A stretch of 36,698 bases of DNA, taken from the NCBI GenBank assembly GCA_016181165.1, contig JACOZU010000003.1, forward strand, positions 1-36,698, read 5' to 3'. A program made the translations under genes and the position numbers. The notes under the pieces are model-generated. The model was not told where the DNA came from and ran no database searches. It saw only the letters and a program-made list of their open reading frames with translations. This document shows positions 9,404-19,010 of the stretch, one piece after another. This stretch comes from Candidatus Woesebacteria bacterium (GTDB lineage: Bacteria > Patescibacteriota > Microgenomatia > UBA8517). Numbering within the stretch: the first letter of the stretch is position 1; every line of letters starts with the position of its first letter.

Positions 9404-9811
9404 ATGTCTTTAAGAATCTTACATAATGAAACGGAATTTGGGGTCGGAGATAGAATTCGATTACACCAAAAAGTCAAAGACGGAGAAAAGGAAAGAACCC
9501 AGATATTTGAAGGAATGGTTATTGCCATCAAGAACCGTAAAGAAGGCAGAACGGTAACCTTAAGAAGAATAGGGGCTGGGAATATTGGAATTGAGAGAAT
9601 TTTCCCTACGGAGTCTCCGTTTCTGGAAAAAATCGAGGTTGTCAAGAAAGGAACATCGGGAGTTAGGCACGCCAAACTTTATTATACGCGTGAGAAAAGT
9701 CCCAGGGAGGTAGATGAAATTTTCGCCAGGGCGGCTTCTCGCGAAGAGGTCCAAAAGGAAGTAAAAAAGCCCTCAAGGAAAAGGGTCAAGTATGCCCGTA
9801 AAAAAAGATAA
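9404..9811 (+). CDS. rplS: 50S ribosomal protein L19
   Basis: GD.I......KDGEKER.Q.FEG.VIA, GIERIFP..SP, VR.AKLYY.R. ATG at 9404 is preferred over GTG at 9386 because TACAAT lies at 9389-9394. Confidence 0.95.
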   Translation: MSLRILHNETEFGVGDRIRLHQKVKDGEKERTQIFEGMVIAIKNRKEGRTVTLRRIGAGNIGIERIFPTESPFLEKIEVVKKGTSGVRHAKLYYTREKSPREVDEIFARAASREEVQKEVKKPSRKRVKYARKKR

Positions 9812-9822
9812 TCTTCGCTAAT

Positions 9823-10443
9823 ATGCTGTCTATAAAAAGGTTACCTCTAGGCACAATGGCGGCCAATTGTTACCTTGTCTATGATGCTAAAGGTAGCGCC
9901 ATTATTATCGATCCGGGAGATGAAGCCGAGTTTATAAGCAGGATTATTCTTGAAAAAGGTTTAAGACCCCAAAAAATTATTGCCACCCACGGACACTTTG
10001 ACCATATTTTAGCGGCACCCGAGCTTAAACTCGCCTTTGGAATACCTTTTTATGCCAGCAAGAAAGATTCGTCTTTGATATCAAAAATGCCCGAGAGGGC
10101 CAAAAGATTTTTAGGCGAAACACCCTTGCCCTTAAAAATAGACTCAAACATTAAAGAAGGTGATAGAATTAGAGTGGGAAAGTATGTATTTGAGGTTTTA
10201 GAGACTCCGGGACATACCCCGGGTAGTATTTGTCTTTTCGAAAAGAAAGAGAGGGCACTTTTTGTGGGTGATTTAGTGTTTCGAGATGGAAGCGTTGGTA
10301 GGTACGATTTTCCCTACTCTGATAAAGCCAGGTTATACAAATCCGTTAAGAAAATTCTTGGTTTTCCCGATAAAACTATTCTCTATCCCGGACACGGCGA
10401 AGAAGTACTCATAAAAGAGCTCAAGGAAGTTAGACATAAGTAA
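9823..10443 (+). CDS. MBL-fold metallo-hydrolase (glyoxalase II/YcbL-like)
   Basis: NCY, IIDPG, THGHFDH, TPGHTPGS, GD, YPGHG. Confidence 0.92.
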   Translation: MLSIKRLPLGTMAANCYLVYDAKGSAIIIDPGDEAEFISRIILEKGLRPQKIIATHGHFDHILAAPELKLAFGIPFYASKKDSSLISKMPERAKRFLGETPLPLKIDSNIKEGDRIRVGKYVFEVLETPGHTPGSICLFEKKERALFVGDLVFRDGSVGRYDFPYSDKARLYKSVKKILGFPDKTILYPGHGEEVLIKELKEVRHK

Positions 10444-10499
10444 CTATTTTAAATTTTTGAGAAACATGATAGTTTAAATGATAGTAGGGGGTGAGGACT

Positions 10500-10961
10500 A
10501 TGCATAAGTTAAAAGATCTCAAGAAGAGTTCTCTTTGGAAAAAGCTCCCCTTAATTTTATTGGTTGTCTTGGGAGTGTGGTATTTAGTATCCGGGAGAAA
10601 ACCTTTGCCAGTTGGACAAAATAAGGTTAAGGAGGAAGTTGCCCAACTCTCCTCGGTAGAGAATTATGTCGGTATGGCCAATGCAACGAGGAGCTTTAAC
10701 GGCAAAACTTTCTACTTGAGCGTTACCGCATTTCTCCCCGACCCGGCCAAAGGAAGCTCTTACTATCTCTGGCTTAAAGATGGAGTCAGCGGAACCTCGC
10801 TTTCAGTAGGAAAACTTGAAGCAAAGGGGGACGTCTATGCTCTAAATTATTCTGTCAATAAAAATCTCAATTCGTACGAGACGGTTATTGTTACAGAAGC
10901 GACCGATAGCGAAGTAAAAGAAGCGAAAATGGGAAAAGAGTTATTAAGCGGTAGCTTCTAA
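10500..10961 (+). CDS. Membrane-anchored protein with a possible RskA-like extracytoplasmic domain
   Basis: Single N-terminal TM, then LPDP..G..Y.LWL...SVG.L...V.VT.E..., a pattern resembling the anti-sigma-K C-terminal domain. SD-like AGGGGGTGA precedes ATG 10500. Confidence 0.55.
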   Translation: MHKLKDLKKSSLWKKLPLILLVVLGVWYLVSGRKPLPVGQNKVKEEVAQLSSVENYVGMANATRSFNGKTFYLSVTAFLPDPAKGSSYYLWLKDGVSGTSLSVGKLEAKGDVYALNYSVNKNLNSYETVIVTEATDSEVKEAKMGKELLSGSF

Positions 10962-10962
10962 A

Positions 10963-11574
10963 ATGTTTAGCCTACCCGATCTTCCCTACTCCTACAGCGC
11001 TCTTGAGCCTCATATCGACGAGGAGACAATGAGGATTCACCACGATAAACACCACGCAGCCTACGTTGAGAATCTAAATAAAGCCCTAGAAGGACAGGAG
11101 GAACTGCTTTCAATGCAGATAGAAGAATTAATTAAAAACCTGGATAAAGTTCCGGAAAATGTGAGAACCAAAGTCAAAAATAACGGCGGCGGACACTTAA
11201 ATCATTCCTTCTTTTGGCAAATCATGACGCCGGATTCTCCAAAAGAACCGAAAGGAAGCTTAATGGAAGAAATAAGAAGAAGTTTTGGAAACTTAGAGAC
11301 ATTTAAAGAGAAGTTTGCGGAGGCGGCCCTCGGTAGGTTCGGCAGCGGTTGGGCCTGGCTCATTTGGGAAAACGCTGAACTAAAAATTGTCGATAGCCCT
11401 AACCAGGATTCTCCTTTGATGGAAAACAAATTTCCGATTTTGGGACTTGATGTTTGGGAACACGCATACTATCTTAAGTATCAGAATAGGCGCGCCGATT
11501 ATATTAAAGCTTGGTGGAATGTAGTTAATTGGAAAAAAGTCGAGGCGATGCTCGCGTCAGCTAAATCCTCCTAG
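10963..11574 (+). CDS. sodA: Superoxide dismutase, Fe/Mn family (Mn-type signature)
   Basis: [48 protein letters not shown]. Confidence 0.93.
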   Translation: MFSLPDLPYSYSALEPHIDEETMRIHHDKHHAAYVENLNKALEGQEELLSMQIEELIKNLDKVPENVRTKVKNNGGGHLNHSFFWQIMTPDSPKEPKGSLMEEIRRSFGNLETFKEKFAEAALGRFGSGWAWLIWENAELKIVDSPNQDSPLMENKFPILGLDVWEHAYYLKYQNRRADYIKAWWNVVNWKKVEAMLASAKSS

Positions 11575-11584
11575 GAAGGCACTC

Positions 11585-12196
11585 TTGACCAAATTTAAAA
11601 TTCCCGAAAATCTCCTAAAGAATAAAACGTTCAAAGTCGCAGCCCTAATTATCCTAATAGGAATCGTTCTCACTCTAACCAAATCACTCTTTGTTGCGGC
11701 TATTGTTAACGGCACTCCAATAAGCAGGTTTACGGTTGTCAAGGAACTCGAGAGGCAGGGAGGAGCCGATGCCCTCAACACCTTTATCGAAAGAGCCCTT
11801 ATTTTCCAGGAGGCAAAAAAACAGGGAGTATCGGTTTCCAAAGAAGCAATCGATAGCCAAATTGCCGACATAGAAAAATTACTCAAAGGCCAAGGGGTCA
11901 CTCTCGATGAGGCATTAAAGTCGCGGGGACAAACAAGGAGCGAACTTATTGAGCAGATTAGGATTCAAAAAACCGTAGAGGCAATTTTGGCTCAAAAAAT
12001 TAATATTACGGAAGAAGACTTAGCCAACTATTTTGAAGAGAATAAGGAACTTTTAGAAGAAGGAGCTACTCTGGAAGGCGTTAAGGAAGACATTAGACAA
12101 CAACTTTTCCAGCAAAAATTAAACGAAGAATATTCAAAATGGATAGCAGAGCTTAAGGCTAAGGCCAAAATTTATTACCTAGTCAAATATAGCTAA
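11585..12196 (+). CDS. SurA N-terminal domain / PrsA-like extracytoplasmic chaperone
   Basis: N-terminal TM, AAIVNG..IS, L..LI...LI.QEAKK.GV.VS, and a C-terminal W...LK.KAKI. No parvulin domain is evident. TTG start. Confidence 0.8.
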   Translation: MTKFKIPENLLKNKTFKVAALIILIGIVLTLTKSLFVAAIVNGTPISRFTVVKELERQGGADALNTFIERALIFQEAKKQGVSVSKEAIDSQIADIEKLLKGQGVTLDEALKSRGQTRSELIEQIRIQKTVEAILAQKINITEEDLANYFEENKELLEEGATLEGVKEDIRQQLFQQKLNEEYSKWIAELKAKAKIYYLVKYS

Positions 12197-12262
12197 AACT
12201 TAAAGCAAAACTGCGGACTAGACCCGTCTCTTTAATTATGCTTCAATAAAATAAGACAGGGG

Positions 12263-12484
12263 GTGAGACTTTTGAACAAAGAACTTATCTTAGGCCCGAT
12301 CGCTAATTTTCCGACGGCTCTTATTGTCGTATTTATTATCTGGTCGCTTTTTTGGAAAGGTCTTTCGATGTGGAGGGCGGCCAGGAATAACCAAAGCTTC
12401 TGGTATGTGGCCCTTCTTATCGTGAGCACGGGAGGCATCTTGGAAATTATTTATCTGGCTTTCTTTCAAAAGAGGAGGAAATAG
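12263..12484 (+). CDS. Small membrane protein (DUF5652-like)
   Basis: WSL.WKG.SMW.AA.NNQ..W...LL...T.GILEIIYL pattern, typical of CPR small membrane proteins. Confidence 0.75.
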   Translation: MRLLNKELILGPIANFPTALIVVFIIWSLFWKGLSMWRAARNNQSFWYVALLIVSTGGILEIIYLAFFQKRRK

Positions 12485-12509
12485 CTCTTAGGAGCGTATA
12501 ATATAATCG

Positions 12510-13016
12510 ATGTTGATTTTAGGGATTGACCCGGGAACGGCCGTCACCGGCTACGGGGTAATAAAAACGACCCCAGGTCTTTTTGAGGTTTTGGAATTCG
12601 GCCTGATTGAGACCGACAAAGAAGGTTCACCGGGAAAAAGATTGGAAAACATTTACTTGGCGATGAGCCGCCTTCTTAAAAAGTTCTCGCCCGACCTCGT
12701 TGCCATCGAGAAACTTTTTTTTGCCACCAACGCTAAAACCGCCATGCGAGTTGGGCAAGCCCAGGGTGTAATGATTTTTGCCGCGGCTAAGTATAAAATA
12801 GAAGTGGCTGAATATGCACCGGGAACCATTAAGAAGATAGTTGCAGGAGACGGGAGGGCCGACAAGAAAATGATCCAAAAATCGGTCAGAAAGGTTCTCG
12901 GGGCTAAAGTCAGAAGTGGAGCTAGAAAAAAGACCCACTTTGACAATGCGGCCGATGCCTTGGCAGTGGCGCTCTGCCATGCATATAGGATAAAAGGAGG
13001 TGATAATAATGGCTGA
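12510..13016 (+). CDS. ruvC: Holliday junction resolvase RuvC
   Basis: ILGIDPG, AIEKLFF..N, GQA.GV, G.G.ADK, D.AADALAVALCH. Confidence 0.96.
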   Translation: MLILGIDPGTAVTGYGVIKTTPGLFEVLEFGLIETDKEGSPGKRLENIYLAMSRLLKKFSPDLVAIEKLFFATNAKTAMRVGQAQGVMIFAAAKYKIEVAEYAPGTIKKIVAGDGRADKKMIQKSVRKVLGAKVRSGARKKTHFDNAADALAVALCHAYRIKGGDNNG

Positions 13017-13263
13017 TTTAAAGATAGGGAAAGTCACTCACTACTATGACAAAATCGGAGTAGCCATCGTCGAGCTAGACGGTACCCTAACCGTGGGAGA
13101 AAAAGTAAAATTTTCCCGAGGCGGAGAGGATTTATTTGAACAGGCGGTTGATTCAATCCAGATTGAACACGAAAAGAAGGATTCCGCCGGCAAGGGCGAC
13201 GTGGTAGGATTAAAAGTCGAGAGCGAGGTCAAAGAAGGTGCGGAAGTTTACAAAATCGAGTAA
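13009..13263 (+). CDS. Small beta-barrel protein (EF-Tu domain 2-like / U32 peptidase C-terminal-like)
   Basis: IGKVTHYYDKIGVA...L...L.VG..., Q.V.SIQIEH....A..GD.VG.KV...V.EG..VYK. Strong SD AAGGAGGTGA precedes ATG 13009. Confidence 0.75.
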   Translation: MADLKIGKVTHYYDKIGVAIVELDGTLTVGEKVKFSRGGEDLFEQAVDSIQIEHEKKDSAGKGDVVGLKVESEVKEGAEVYKIE

Positions 13264-13651
13264 AAGAGGAATTGATTGGAAGTTGGCTCCCGATGTCAAA
13301 AAAAGACTTTTGCATCTTATTTCAACCTGCGAAATAACTTGGGTAAAATCTTCAAAAATCCACTGCTTCAGATCAGTTAATGCCAATACTCGAGCCTATG
13401 CCAGAATCTGGGGCTTAAACAGAGTTTGGCAAAAGGCGCTTAGAGAAACTCCCGCTTATGTCGTTGAAGTAATTGCGGAGAAATATGATAGACTCCCGGA
13501 CATCGAAAAGGATAAGGTCCTTCTTCATGAGCTGACCCACATTCCCAAAAATTTCTCAGGGGCTCTGCTGCCACACGTGAGACGAGGTAAGCGTTCTTTC
13601 CACGACAAAGTGCACGTTTTAATCGCCCAATATCTTGCCAAGGTATCATGA
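13238..13651 (+). CDS. Putative zinc metallopeptidase (HExxH)
   Basis: VLLHELTHIP motif, preceded by YARIWG and YVVEVI. Overlaps both neighbours. Confidence 0.7.
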   Translation: MRKFTKSSKRGIDWKLAPDVKKRLLHLISTCEITWVKSSKIHCFRSVNANTRAYARIWGLNRVWQKALRETPAYVVEVIAEKYDRLPDIEKDKVLLHELTHIPKNFSGALLPHVRRGKRSFHDKVHVLIAQYLAKVS

Positions 13652-14316
13652 AGATAATCATTTTGCACGGAGACCACATCAGTGCTTCCTATGCCCGACT
13701 CTCTAAATTTATAGAAGTAGCGAAGGCCCGGGGTTGGCCCGTCGGCACCCTTGAAATGGGCGAAAATATTGAAGAGAAGCTGACGAATGCCTCTTTGTTT
13801 AGGGGAGAGAATTTCTATGTCATCAAAAGCTTTGTCAAGCTGGGGAAAAACTTCTTTAATAAGAATGCCAAAAGACTAAAAGAGGCTCCCGGGAATTTGG
13901 TCATCTACCAAGAAGACTTTATTGCCAAGGATTTGCTTTCGTTCGTTCCCAAGGATGCAAAAATTGAAGAGTTTAAGCTCCCGAGACTAATTTTTGATTT
14001 TCTCGACTCCTTTTATCCGGGGAACGTCAAAAGGACGCTCACTCTTCTTCATCAAGTTTTAAAAAATGAACCCCCGGAATTTGTTTTTGCCCTTTTAGGC
14101 CGGCACGTCAGGGATCTTTACTGGGCGAAAACGGGCAGCCCCCTGCCGCTCCCTCCCTGGCGAGCCCAAAAGCTGAAAAATCAGGCCGGGAAATTTAGTC
14201 AAGGTGCCCTTGAAGAGATTATCAGCCGTCTTGCGGAAACCGATATCAAAGTAAAAACTTCCCAGGCGCAGCTGACTTCTTCCCTTGACCTTATGACCGT
14301 TACCCTTCTAAAATAA
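13648..14316 (+). CDS. holA: DNA polymerase III delta subunit-like (HolA), shortened
   Basis: IIILHGD start, SLF motif, IFDFLD, P.W...KL..QA..FS...L......L.E.D...KT collar domain. Confidence 0.7.
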   Translation: MKIIILHGDHISASYARLSKFIEVAKARGWPVGTLEMGENIEEKLTNASLFRGENFYVIKSFVKLGKNFFNKNAKRLKEAPGNLVIYQEDFIAKDLLSFVPKDAKIEEFKLPRLIFDFLDSFYPGNVKRTLTLLHQVLKNEPPEFVFALLGRHVRDLYWAKTGSPLPLPPWRAQKLKNQAGKFSQGALEEIISRLAETDIKVKTSQAQLTSSLDLMTVTLLK

Positions 14317-14319
14317 AGT

Positions 14320-15672
14320 GTGAGCGTTGACCCTTCAATCTTTAAGGCCTACGACGTTAGGGGTATCTACCCGACCACTTTGAATGAAGAAATAGCCTAT
14401 AAAATCGGCCAGGGATATGCGGATTTTGTTAAGCCGAAAGGTGAAATTGCTGTCGGCCACGACGTTCGCCTCCACTCGGAAAAGCTTAAGAACGAAGTTG
14501 TCCGGGGGCTGACCGATGCGGGAGTCAACGTCGTCGATGTTGGCCTGATTTCGACCGATATGTATTACTTTGCGGTCGGACATTACCAACTCGGCGGCGG
14601 CATCCAATCCACCGCTTCCCACAATCCTCCGGAGTGGCACGGCTTTAAAATGGTCAAAGAGTCGGTGAAACCGCTGACTTTTGAGCAGGGAATTACCCAG
14701 ATACGGGATTTCGCCGCTTCAGGCAAAAGTATCAAGGCCCCCAGCAAAGGTAATCTTCGGAAGACGAATATCGAAGAAGATTATGCGAGCTTTGTTCTGG
14801 GTTGGCTTGCCCCCGACAAAATAAAGCCGATGAAGGTTGTCATTAACGCCAACTTTGGTTATGCCGGCCTCATCTTCAAGAAAATTGTTCAAAAAGGAAA
14901 GCTGCCTTTAGAAATTGTCGAGCTTAATACCATTCCCGACGGCACTTTCCCCAAAGGAAGACCGGACCCCTTTGTGCCGGAAAACCGAACGGAATTTACC
15001 GAGTTGGTAGGCTCAACGGAAAGTGACTTGGGAATTGCTTGGGATGCGGATGCCGACCGAGTTTTCTTTGCCGCCGACGGCGGGCTCTTCGTCGAGCCTT
15101 ACTACTTAAACACCATTCTGATAAGGAAAATGCTTGCCAAATACCCAGGCGAAAAAGTAATCTACGACCCGCGCTACAGCTGGGCCTTAATCGACGAAAT
15201 AGAAAAAAATGGAGGAAAACCGGTAATTTCCCGGGTTGGACATTCATTCATCAAAGAAGCGATGAGAAGCGAAAACGCCCTATTTGCGACGGAATCAAGC
15301 GGCCACACCTACTACCGAGACTTTTGGTATGCGGATAGCGGCATGATTCCCGTGATGCAAATCCTCGAATTTCTTTCCGAAGGCAACGTCAAGTTATCCG
15401 AGACGGTTAGGCCCGTCATGCAGAAATACTTTATTTCTGGAGAAATCAATTCGGCAGTGGCCGACAAAGAAGCGAAGATGGCAGAGATAGGCCAAAAATA
15501 CAAGGATGGCAAACAATCGACACTTGACGGCATTGCCGTCGAATACGAACAATATCGGTTTGTGGTCAGGCCGTCAAACACCGAGCCGCTTTTGAGGTTA
15601 ACCGTGGAGGGAAAAACCAGAAAAATCATGGAAGAGAAAAAAGAAGAAATACTCAAACTGATCAGGTCTTAA
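14320..15672 (+). CDS. Phosphomannomutase/phosphoglucomutase
   Basis: IFKAYDVRG, TASHNP phosphoserine loop, DADADR metal loop, VGHSFIK, SGH, RPSNTEP. Confidence 0.95.
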   Translation: MSVDPSIFKAYDVRGIYPTTLNEEIAYKIGQGYADFVKPKGEIAVGHDVRLHSEKLKNEVVRGLTDAGVNVVDVGLISTDMYYFAVGHYQLGGGIQSTASHNPPEWHGFKMVKESVKPLTFEQGITQIRDFAASGKSIKAPSKGNLRKTNIEEDYASFVLGWLAPDKIKPMKVVINANFGYAGLIFKKIVQKGKLPLEIVELNTIPDGTFPKGRPDPFVPENRTEFTELVGSTESDLGIAWDADADRVFFAADGGLFVEPYYLNTILIRKMLAKYPGEKVIYDPRYSWALIDEIEKNGGKPVISRVGHSFIKEAMRSENALFATESSGHTYYRDFWYADSGMIPVMQILEFLSEGNVKLSETVRPVMQKYFISGEINSAVADKEAKMAEIGQKYKDGKQSTLDGIAVEYEQYRFVVRPSNTEPLLRLTVEGKTRKIMEEKKEEILKLIRS

Positions 15673-15674
15673 AA

Positions 15675-16745
15675 ATGCACAGTTTAGATTCCCTTGACGA
15701 AATCAATAAGCTTGATAACGGTAACGTTCTTACCTCTATCGAGAAGCTGGGGGCCCAAATAAGACAAGCCTGGGAGGAGGTTAGGCAGCGAGAAGTCCCC
15801 GCCGCCTGTCCCTTAGCTAAGAATGTCATTGTTTCGGGTATGGGCGGCTCAGCCTTGGGGGGGCGGATTGTCGACTCTCTTCTCGCCGACAGGGCCAGGG
15901 TTCCTATCGAGGTTGTCACTGAATATAACCTTCCCAATTATGTTAACAAGGATACCTTAGTTATTCTTTCATCATACTCCGGCAATACCGAAGAAACTCT
16001 GGCTTCGGCCAATGAGGCGCTTAACCGCGGGGCCGTGGTCTACGGAGTCACCACCGGCGGCAAACTGGCCGACTTTTTGAGCGAGAATGGATTTGAAGGT
16101 TATATCTATAACCCCAATGAAAATCCGTCAAATCAGCCAAGAATGGGCCTGGGCTATTCGATTGCTTCCGTCCTCGCGGTTCTTTCGAAATGCGAATTTA
16201 TTAATTTACTCGATAGTGAAATGGAAGAGGCCATCATCGAGGCGGAAGGCCTGATCACCGATTACGGAGCTAACGTTCCCGAGAATGAAAACATCGCCAA
16301 AGCCCTGGCCATAAAACTGAAAGGCAAAGTGCCGGTCATTATTGCCAGCGAGCATCTTGTCGGTAGCGCCCATACCTTTAAAAACCAGCTCAATGAAAAT
16401 GCCAAAACGTTTGGCCTCACCTTCGACATTCCTGAGTTAAATCACCACTTAATGGAGGGGTTAAGAAACCCCCATGAGATTAAAAACCTACTCCATTTTC
16501 TCTTTCTTGAGTCCCAGCATTATAGTAAAAGGGTCAGAATCAGGTATCCGATAACGAAAGAGGTTGTTGAAAAGAACGACATCGAAACGGAAGTTTACAG
16601 CACCCGCGGGTCAAAAAAAATCATCGAGATTTTTGAAATCCTGGTTCTCTCTTCATATATTTCTTTTTATCTGGCGATGCTCTACGGCCAGGACCCCTCA
16701 CCCATTCCCTGGGTTGACCACTTCAAGGAAAGGCTAGCCAGATGA
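15675..16745 (+). CDS. Bifunctional phosphoglucose/phosphomannose isomerase (SIS domains)
   Basis: GMGGSA, SYSGNTEET, QPR, Q.NENAK, PELNH, DP.P.P.VD..K. Confidence 0.92.
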   Translation: MHSLDSLDEINKLDNGNVLTSIEKLGAQIRQAWEEVRQREVPAACPLAKNVIVSGMGGSALGGRIVDSLLADRARVPIEVVTEYNLPNYVNKDTLVILSSYSGNTEETLASANEALNRGAVVYGVTTGGKLADFLSENGFEGYIYNPNENPSNQPRMGLGYSIASVLAVLSKCEFINLLDSEMEEAIIEAEGLITDYGANVPENENIAKALAIKLKGKVPVIIASEHLVGSAHTFKNQLNENAKTFGLTFDIPELNHHLMEGLRNPHEIKNLLHFLFLESQHYSKRVRIRYPITKEVVEKNDIETEVYSTRGSKKIIEIFEILVLSSYISFYLAMLYGQDPSPIPWVDHFKERLAR

Positions 16746-19009
16746 CTGCCCGGCCTTTTGTCACTTTCTTGACGAATATCGACAAAGAAGATATCGACGT
16801 CGTCGGCGGTAAGGGAGCCAATTTGGGCGAAATGGTCAAGGCCGGTTTCCCTGTACCTGCCGGTTTTGCCGTTACCGTTGCCGCCTACGAGCTTTTTTTA
16901 GAGCAAAACAACCTGGGTAGCCAAATCAAGAATATTTTAAAGGTGACCAATGTTGACAACCCGGAAGAGCTTGAGGCTTCTTCAAGAAAAATCCAAAAAA
17001 CGGTGGTTACGGGGAAAATTCCCGAAGCGGTAGGGAAAGAAGTCATTGCCGGCTATAAAAAACTCTCGGGACTCTTTACAGCGAAGCTAGTCGCCGTTCG
17101 TTCCTCGGCCACGGCCGAAGACTTGCCGTCCGCCTCATTTGCGGGCCAGCAGGCGACACTCCTTAATATCAAAGGGGAAGCCAACCTCGTCAATGCGGTT
17201 AGAGAATGTTGGGCTTCTCTTTTCACCCCCCGGGCAATTTTCTATCGAGAGGAAAACAAAATTCCCCACGAGAAGGTGAAGATTTCGGTTATCGTTCAGA
17301 AAATGGTTCAGTCTCAGGTCTCGGGTGTGATGTTCACCGTCGACCCGGTCAGCAATGAAAAAGACAAAATCGTCATCGAAGCCGTCTGGGGACTGGGTGA
17401 GATGATTGTTCAGGGTTCCGTTGTCCCCGACCGGTATGTCGTCCAAAAAGAGACCTTCGACATTCTCTCCAAAGAGATATCGGAGCAGCCGATTCAATTA
17501 ATTAAAGTGGGTAGTCAGACGAAGGAAGCAAAGGTCCCCGAAAAGGCGAGGCAACTTCAGAAAATTTCAAACGAGCAGATAATCAGCCTGGCCATTCTTG
17601 GCGACAAACTGCAAAAACACTATTTCTTCCCACAAGACATCGAGTGGGCGTTAGAAGGAAAAAATTTGTTTATCGTTCAAACAAGGCCAGTGACCACCAT
17701 GGGTAAAAAGACGGCCGAAGTAGTTAAAACCGAGTCTGGAGACGTAAAAGTTACTCAAGCCCCTATTCTTACCGGTTCACCCGCTTCTCCAGGAATCGGA
17801 ACAGGAACCGTTAAGGTCCTGAAAAGTGCAAAGGAGATATCCAAGGTTGAAAAGGGTGATATTTTAGTGGCCCCCATGACTTCACCGGACTTTGTTCCTG
17901 CTATGAGGAAAGCCCATGCAATTGTTACGGACGCGGGAGGAGCTACCTCTCACGCCGCGATTGTTTCGAGGGAACTCGGAATTCCCTGTGTGGTCGGGAC
18001 GAAAGAAGCTACGGAAAAACTCAAAGACGGAATGATAGTTACGGTTGACGGACAAAAAGGGCAAGTGTTCTTGGGAAGTAAGATAACACTCGAAAAGAAG
18101 GAGGAAAAAGAAGAAAAACCCGTAAAAGCTAAAACCGCAACCAAAGTTTACGTTAATCTGGCCGATCCCGAGAGGGCCAAAGAAATTTCGAAATTAAATG
18201 TTGACGGCGTGGGTCTACTTCGAGCCGAGTTTATGATTGCCAATATCGGCATTCACCCCAAGGAAGCGATAAAAAGAAAGGAGCAGGATAAATTTATTAA
18301 CAAATTAGCAGACGACTTAGAAATTTTCTGCAAAGCCTTCAAAGGAAAACCTGTGGTCTATAGGGCAACCGATTTTAAAACCAATGAATATAGGGATCTC
18401 CCCGGTGGAATTTATTGGGAACCGAAAGAACCCAATCCGATGCTCGGCTTTCGAGGCGCTTTTAGATATATTTCAAATCCCGACGTTTTTACCTTGGAAT
18501 TAACCGCCATCAAAAAAGTGAGGGAACAATACAAAAATCTCTGGCTAATGATTCCCTTTGTCCGCTCACCGGGGGAGCTGACGAAGGTCAGACGAATCGT
18601 GGCTGCGGAAGGGCTATTTGCAAGCCCCACCTTTAAGTTTTGGATGATGGTTGAGCTTCCCGTCAACGTGATACTAATGGAGGAATTTATTAAGGTCGGA
18701 ATAGACGGAGTTTCCGTCGGCTCAAACGACCTAACTATGCTTATCGAAGGCACGGATAGAGACAATGAAACAGTAGCCACCGCCTTCGATGAGCGCTCCC
18801 CGGCCGTTCTTTGGGCCCTAAAAAGAGTGGTCAAAACCTGTACTAAGGCCGGCATCACCTCTTCCATCTGCGGACAAGCACCCTCAACCTACGACGACTT
18901 GGTTTCTGAGCTGGTTAAAATGGGAATAACCAGCGTTTCCGTCAATCCCGATGCAGTTAACAGGGTTAGAAATGTTATATTGGATACTGAAAGGAAAGTA
19001 ATAAGTTAA
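16742..19009 (+). CDS. ppsA: Phosphoenolpyruvate synthase (pyruvate,water dikinase)
   Basis: GGKGANLGEM, AVRSSATAEDLP.ASFAGQQ, GG.TSHAAIVSRELG phospho-His, E.NPMLGFRG, GSNDLT. Confidence 0.96.
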   Translation: MTARPFVTFLTNIDKEDIDVVGGKGANLGEMVKAGFPVPAGFAVTVAAYELFLEQNNLGSQIKNILKVTNVDNPEELEASSRKIQKTVVTGKIPEAVGKEVIAGYKKLSGLFTAKLVAVRSSATAEDLPSASFAGQQATLLNIKGEANLVNAVRECWASLFTPRAIFYREENKIPHEKVKISVIVQKMVQSQVSGVMFTVDPVSNEKDKIVIEAVWGLGEMIVQGSVVPDRYVVQKETFDILSKEISEQPIQLIKVGSQTKEAKVPEKARQLQKISNEQIISLAILGDKLQKHYFFPQDIEWALEGKNLFIVQTRPVTTMGKKTAEVVKTESGDVKVTQAPILTGSPASPGIGTGTVKVLKSAKEISKVEKGDILVAPMTSPDFVPAMRKAHAIVTDAGGATSHAAIVSRELGIPCVVGTKEATEKLKDGMIVTVDGQKGQVFLGSKITLEKKEEKEEKPVKAKTATKVYVNLADPERAKEISKLNVDGVGLLRAEFMIANIGIHPKEAIKRKEQDKFINKLADDLEIFCKAFKGKPVVYRATDFKTNEYRDLPGGIYWEPKEPNPMLGFRGAFRYISNPDVFTLELTAIKKVREQYKNLWLMIPFVRSPGELTKVRRIVAAEGLFASPTFKFWMMVELPVNVILMEEFIKVGIDGVSVGSNDLTMLIEGTDRDNETVATAFDERSPAVLWALKRVVKTCTKAGITSSICGQAPSTYDDLVSELVKMGITSVSVNPDAVNRVRNVILDTERKVIS

Positions 19010-19010
19010 T

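Noticed and set aside
9792..9821. Mini-ORF MPVKKDNLR* bridging rplS and the MBL gene
   Set aside because: Could be a remnant of a deleted gene, but nine codons give no testable signal.
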